Source: an uncultured Enterobacteriaceae bacterium (lineage in GTDB: Bacteria; Pseudomonadota; Gammaproteobacteria; Eutrophobiales; Eutrophobiaceae). Taken from it: a DNA stretch of 62,196 nt. Positions within the stretch are counted from its first letter, which is position 1; each line of letters begins with the position of its first letter. The translations under genes and the position numbers were made by a program. Of the stretch, positions 61,490 through 62,196 are shown one piece after another. The stretch spans positions 1-62,196 of the forward strand of contig CAYMPA010000002.1 of the NCBI GenBank assembly GCA_964392105.1, written 5' to 3'. Below the pieces are notes generated by a model that had not been told where the DNA came from, made no database searches, and was given only the letters and a program-made list of their open reading frames with translations.

Positions 61490-62196
61490 TTATTTCAAAG
61501 AAATATATTTTTTTGGATTTACAGTTTTTCCATCATTCACTACTTCGAAATGAACATGTGTACCTGTTGATCGTCCGGAAGAGCCCATAAGACCAATGAT
61601 CTGACCTTTATCAACCTTTTGTCCAACAACAACAAGATTCTTCTTGTTATGTGCATAACGTGTCTGATAACCATTTCCATGATTGATCTCCACCATTTTG
61701 CCATACCCATAACGAATACCTGACCAGGTCACAATTCCAGAAGCCACTGCAAGTATAGGTGAGCCATTTTTTCCTGCATAATCAATTCCGCCGTGAAATT
61801 CCTTTTTCCCTGTCATCGGATCGGTTCGCATACCAAACAATGATGAAATCCAGCCATCCATTGTCGGACTACCAGTCGGAATAGTCTGGTTTTGTAATGT
61901 TCTATCAATTAGCATTGATTCCATCGCAGCCAGTTTTTCTGCTCGATCCTGTATTTTGGAACTTAATTGCTCCAATGCACCAAGAAAATCACTGACTTCC
62001 ATTGAATCATGTGTATTTGCAGGCTGTGGCCCACCCAAGCCTGGTATTGATGTAATATTAAATTCAATCTCATTAAGATCAGCCATATCAGCTAACCGGG
62101 AACCGAGTGCATCCAGACGCATGACATGAGCTTGTAATTTGCTTAGCCTTGTCGCTAATGCATCGAGATTTTTTTCAGCATTTTCTTGTGCCTGAT
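61490..62196 (-). CDS. M23-family peptidoglycan metalloendopeptidase with an N-terminal coiled coil. The 5' end lies beyond the window.
   Basis: HGGIDY..GYG..INHGNGYQTRYAH..GSSGRSTGTHVHFEV LytM motifs. The reading frame stays open upstream of the listed Met to position 62196. Confidence 0.85.
   Translation of the reverse strand, partial: QAQENAEKNLDALATRLSKLQAHVMRLDALGSRLADMADLNEIEFNITSIPGLGGPQPANTHDSMEVSDFLGALEQLSSKIQDRAEKLAAMESMLIDRTLQNQTIPTGSPTMDGWISSLFGMRTDPMTGKKEFHGGIDYAGKNGSPILAVASGIVTWSGIRYGYGKMVEINHGNGYQTRYAHNKKNLVVVGQKVDKGQIIGLMGSSGRSTGTHVHFEVVNDGKTVNPKKYISLK

Overview
This is a 62.2-kb chromosomal segment from a low-G+C gammaproteobacterium; I cannot name the taxon by eye. The backbone gene order matches the Pseudomonas/E. 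coli-type arrangement: pilS-pilR, then bamD-rluD-pgeF-clpB, then pilB-pilC-pilD-coaE-zapD-yacG, then Nudix-argJ-secA-M23. I call about 50 protein genes. I found no rRNA, tRNA, CRISPR array, transposase, integrase, phage gene or recognisable defence gene. The window has three parts. (i) A housekeeping block at 86-8994 (acyP, yihY, arsC, wrbA, hda, AI-2E transporter, DUF2066, purM). (ii) About 25 kb of envelope-glycan genes at 9048-33836, interrupted by trmJ-suhB. This part holds a GtrB/ArnC-like GT2 with a methyltransferase; UDP-xylose synthase with two tandem GT-C-like membrane proteins; gmd; several GT4s; a Wzm/Wzt ABC exporter with a Wzt C-terminal glycan-binding domain; a GT-B/methyltransferase/coiled-coil protein; a 1279-aa three-module glycosyltransferase; a sugar C-methyltransferase; and a GT4/GT2/TMTC-like GT-C-TPR operon. 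(iii) Type IV pilus genes (two tandem pilins, pilR, pilS, pilBCD) interleaved with sucCD, nadE, bamD, rluD, pgeF, gdh, clpB, coaE, zapD, yacG, argJ and secA. Four non-coding observations stand out. First, a perfect (GGTTTAG)x7 array sits at the window edge. Second, a previously unannotated family of G+C-enriched, TIR-bounded, MITE-like intergenic elements has at least four copies plus one fragment. Two inverted copies bracket a GLUD-like gdh that is inserted into the conserved pgeF-clpB junction. Third, there is a sigma-54 promoter for the first pilin. Fourth, there is a sigma-32-like promoter for clpB. The best candidates for something new are the pilin-adjacent TMTC-like GT-C / polyprenyl-P-sugar synthase / GT4 operon (possible pilin O-glycosylation), an Arn/Rgt-like UDP-xylose + GT2 + double GT-C module, and the repeat-element family. 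All functional assignments come from motif recognition by eye and need database confirmation.
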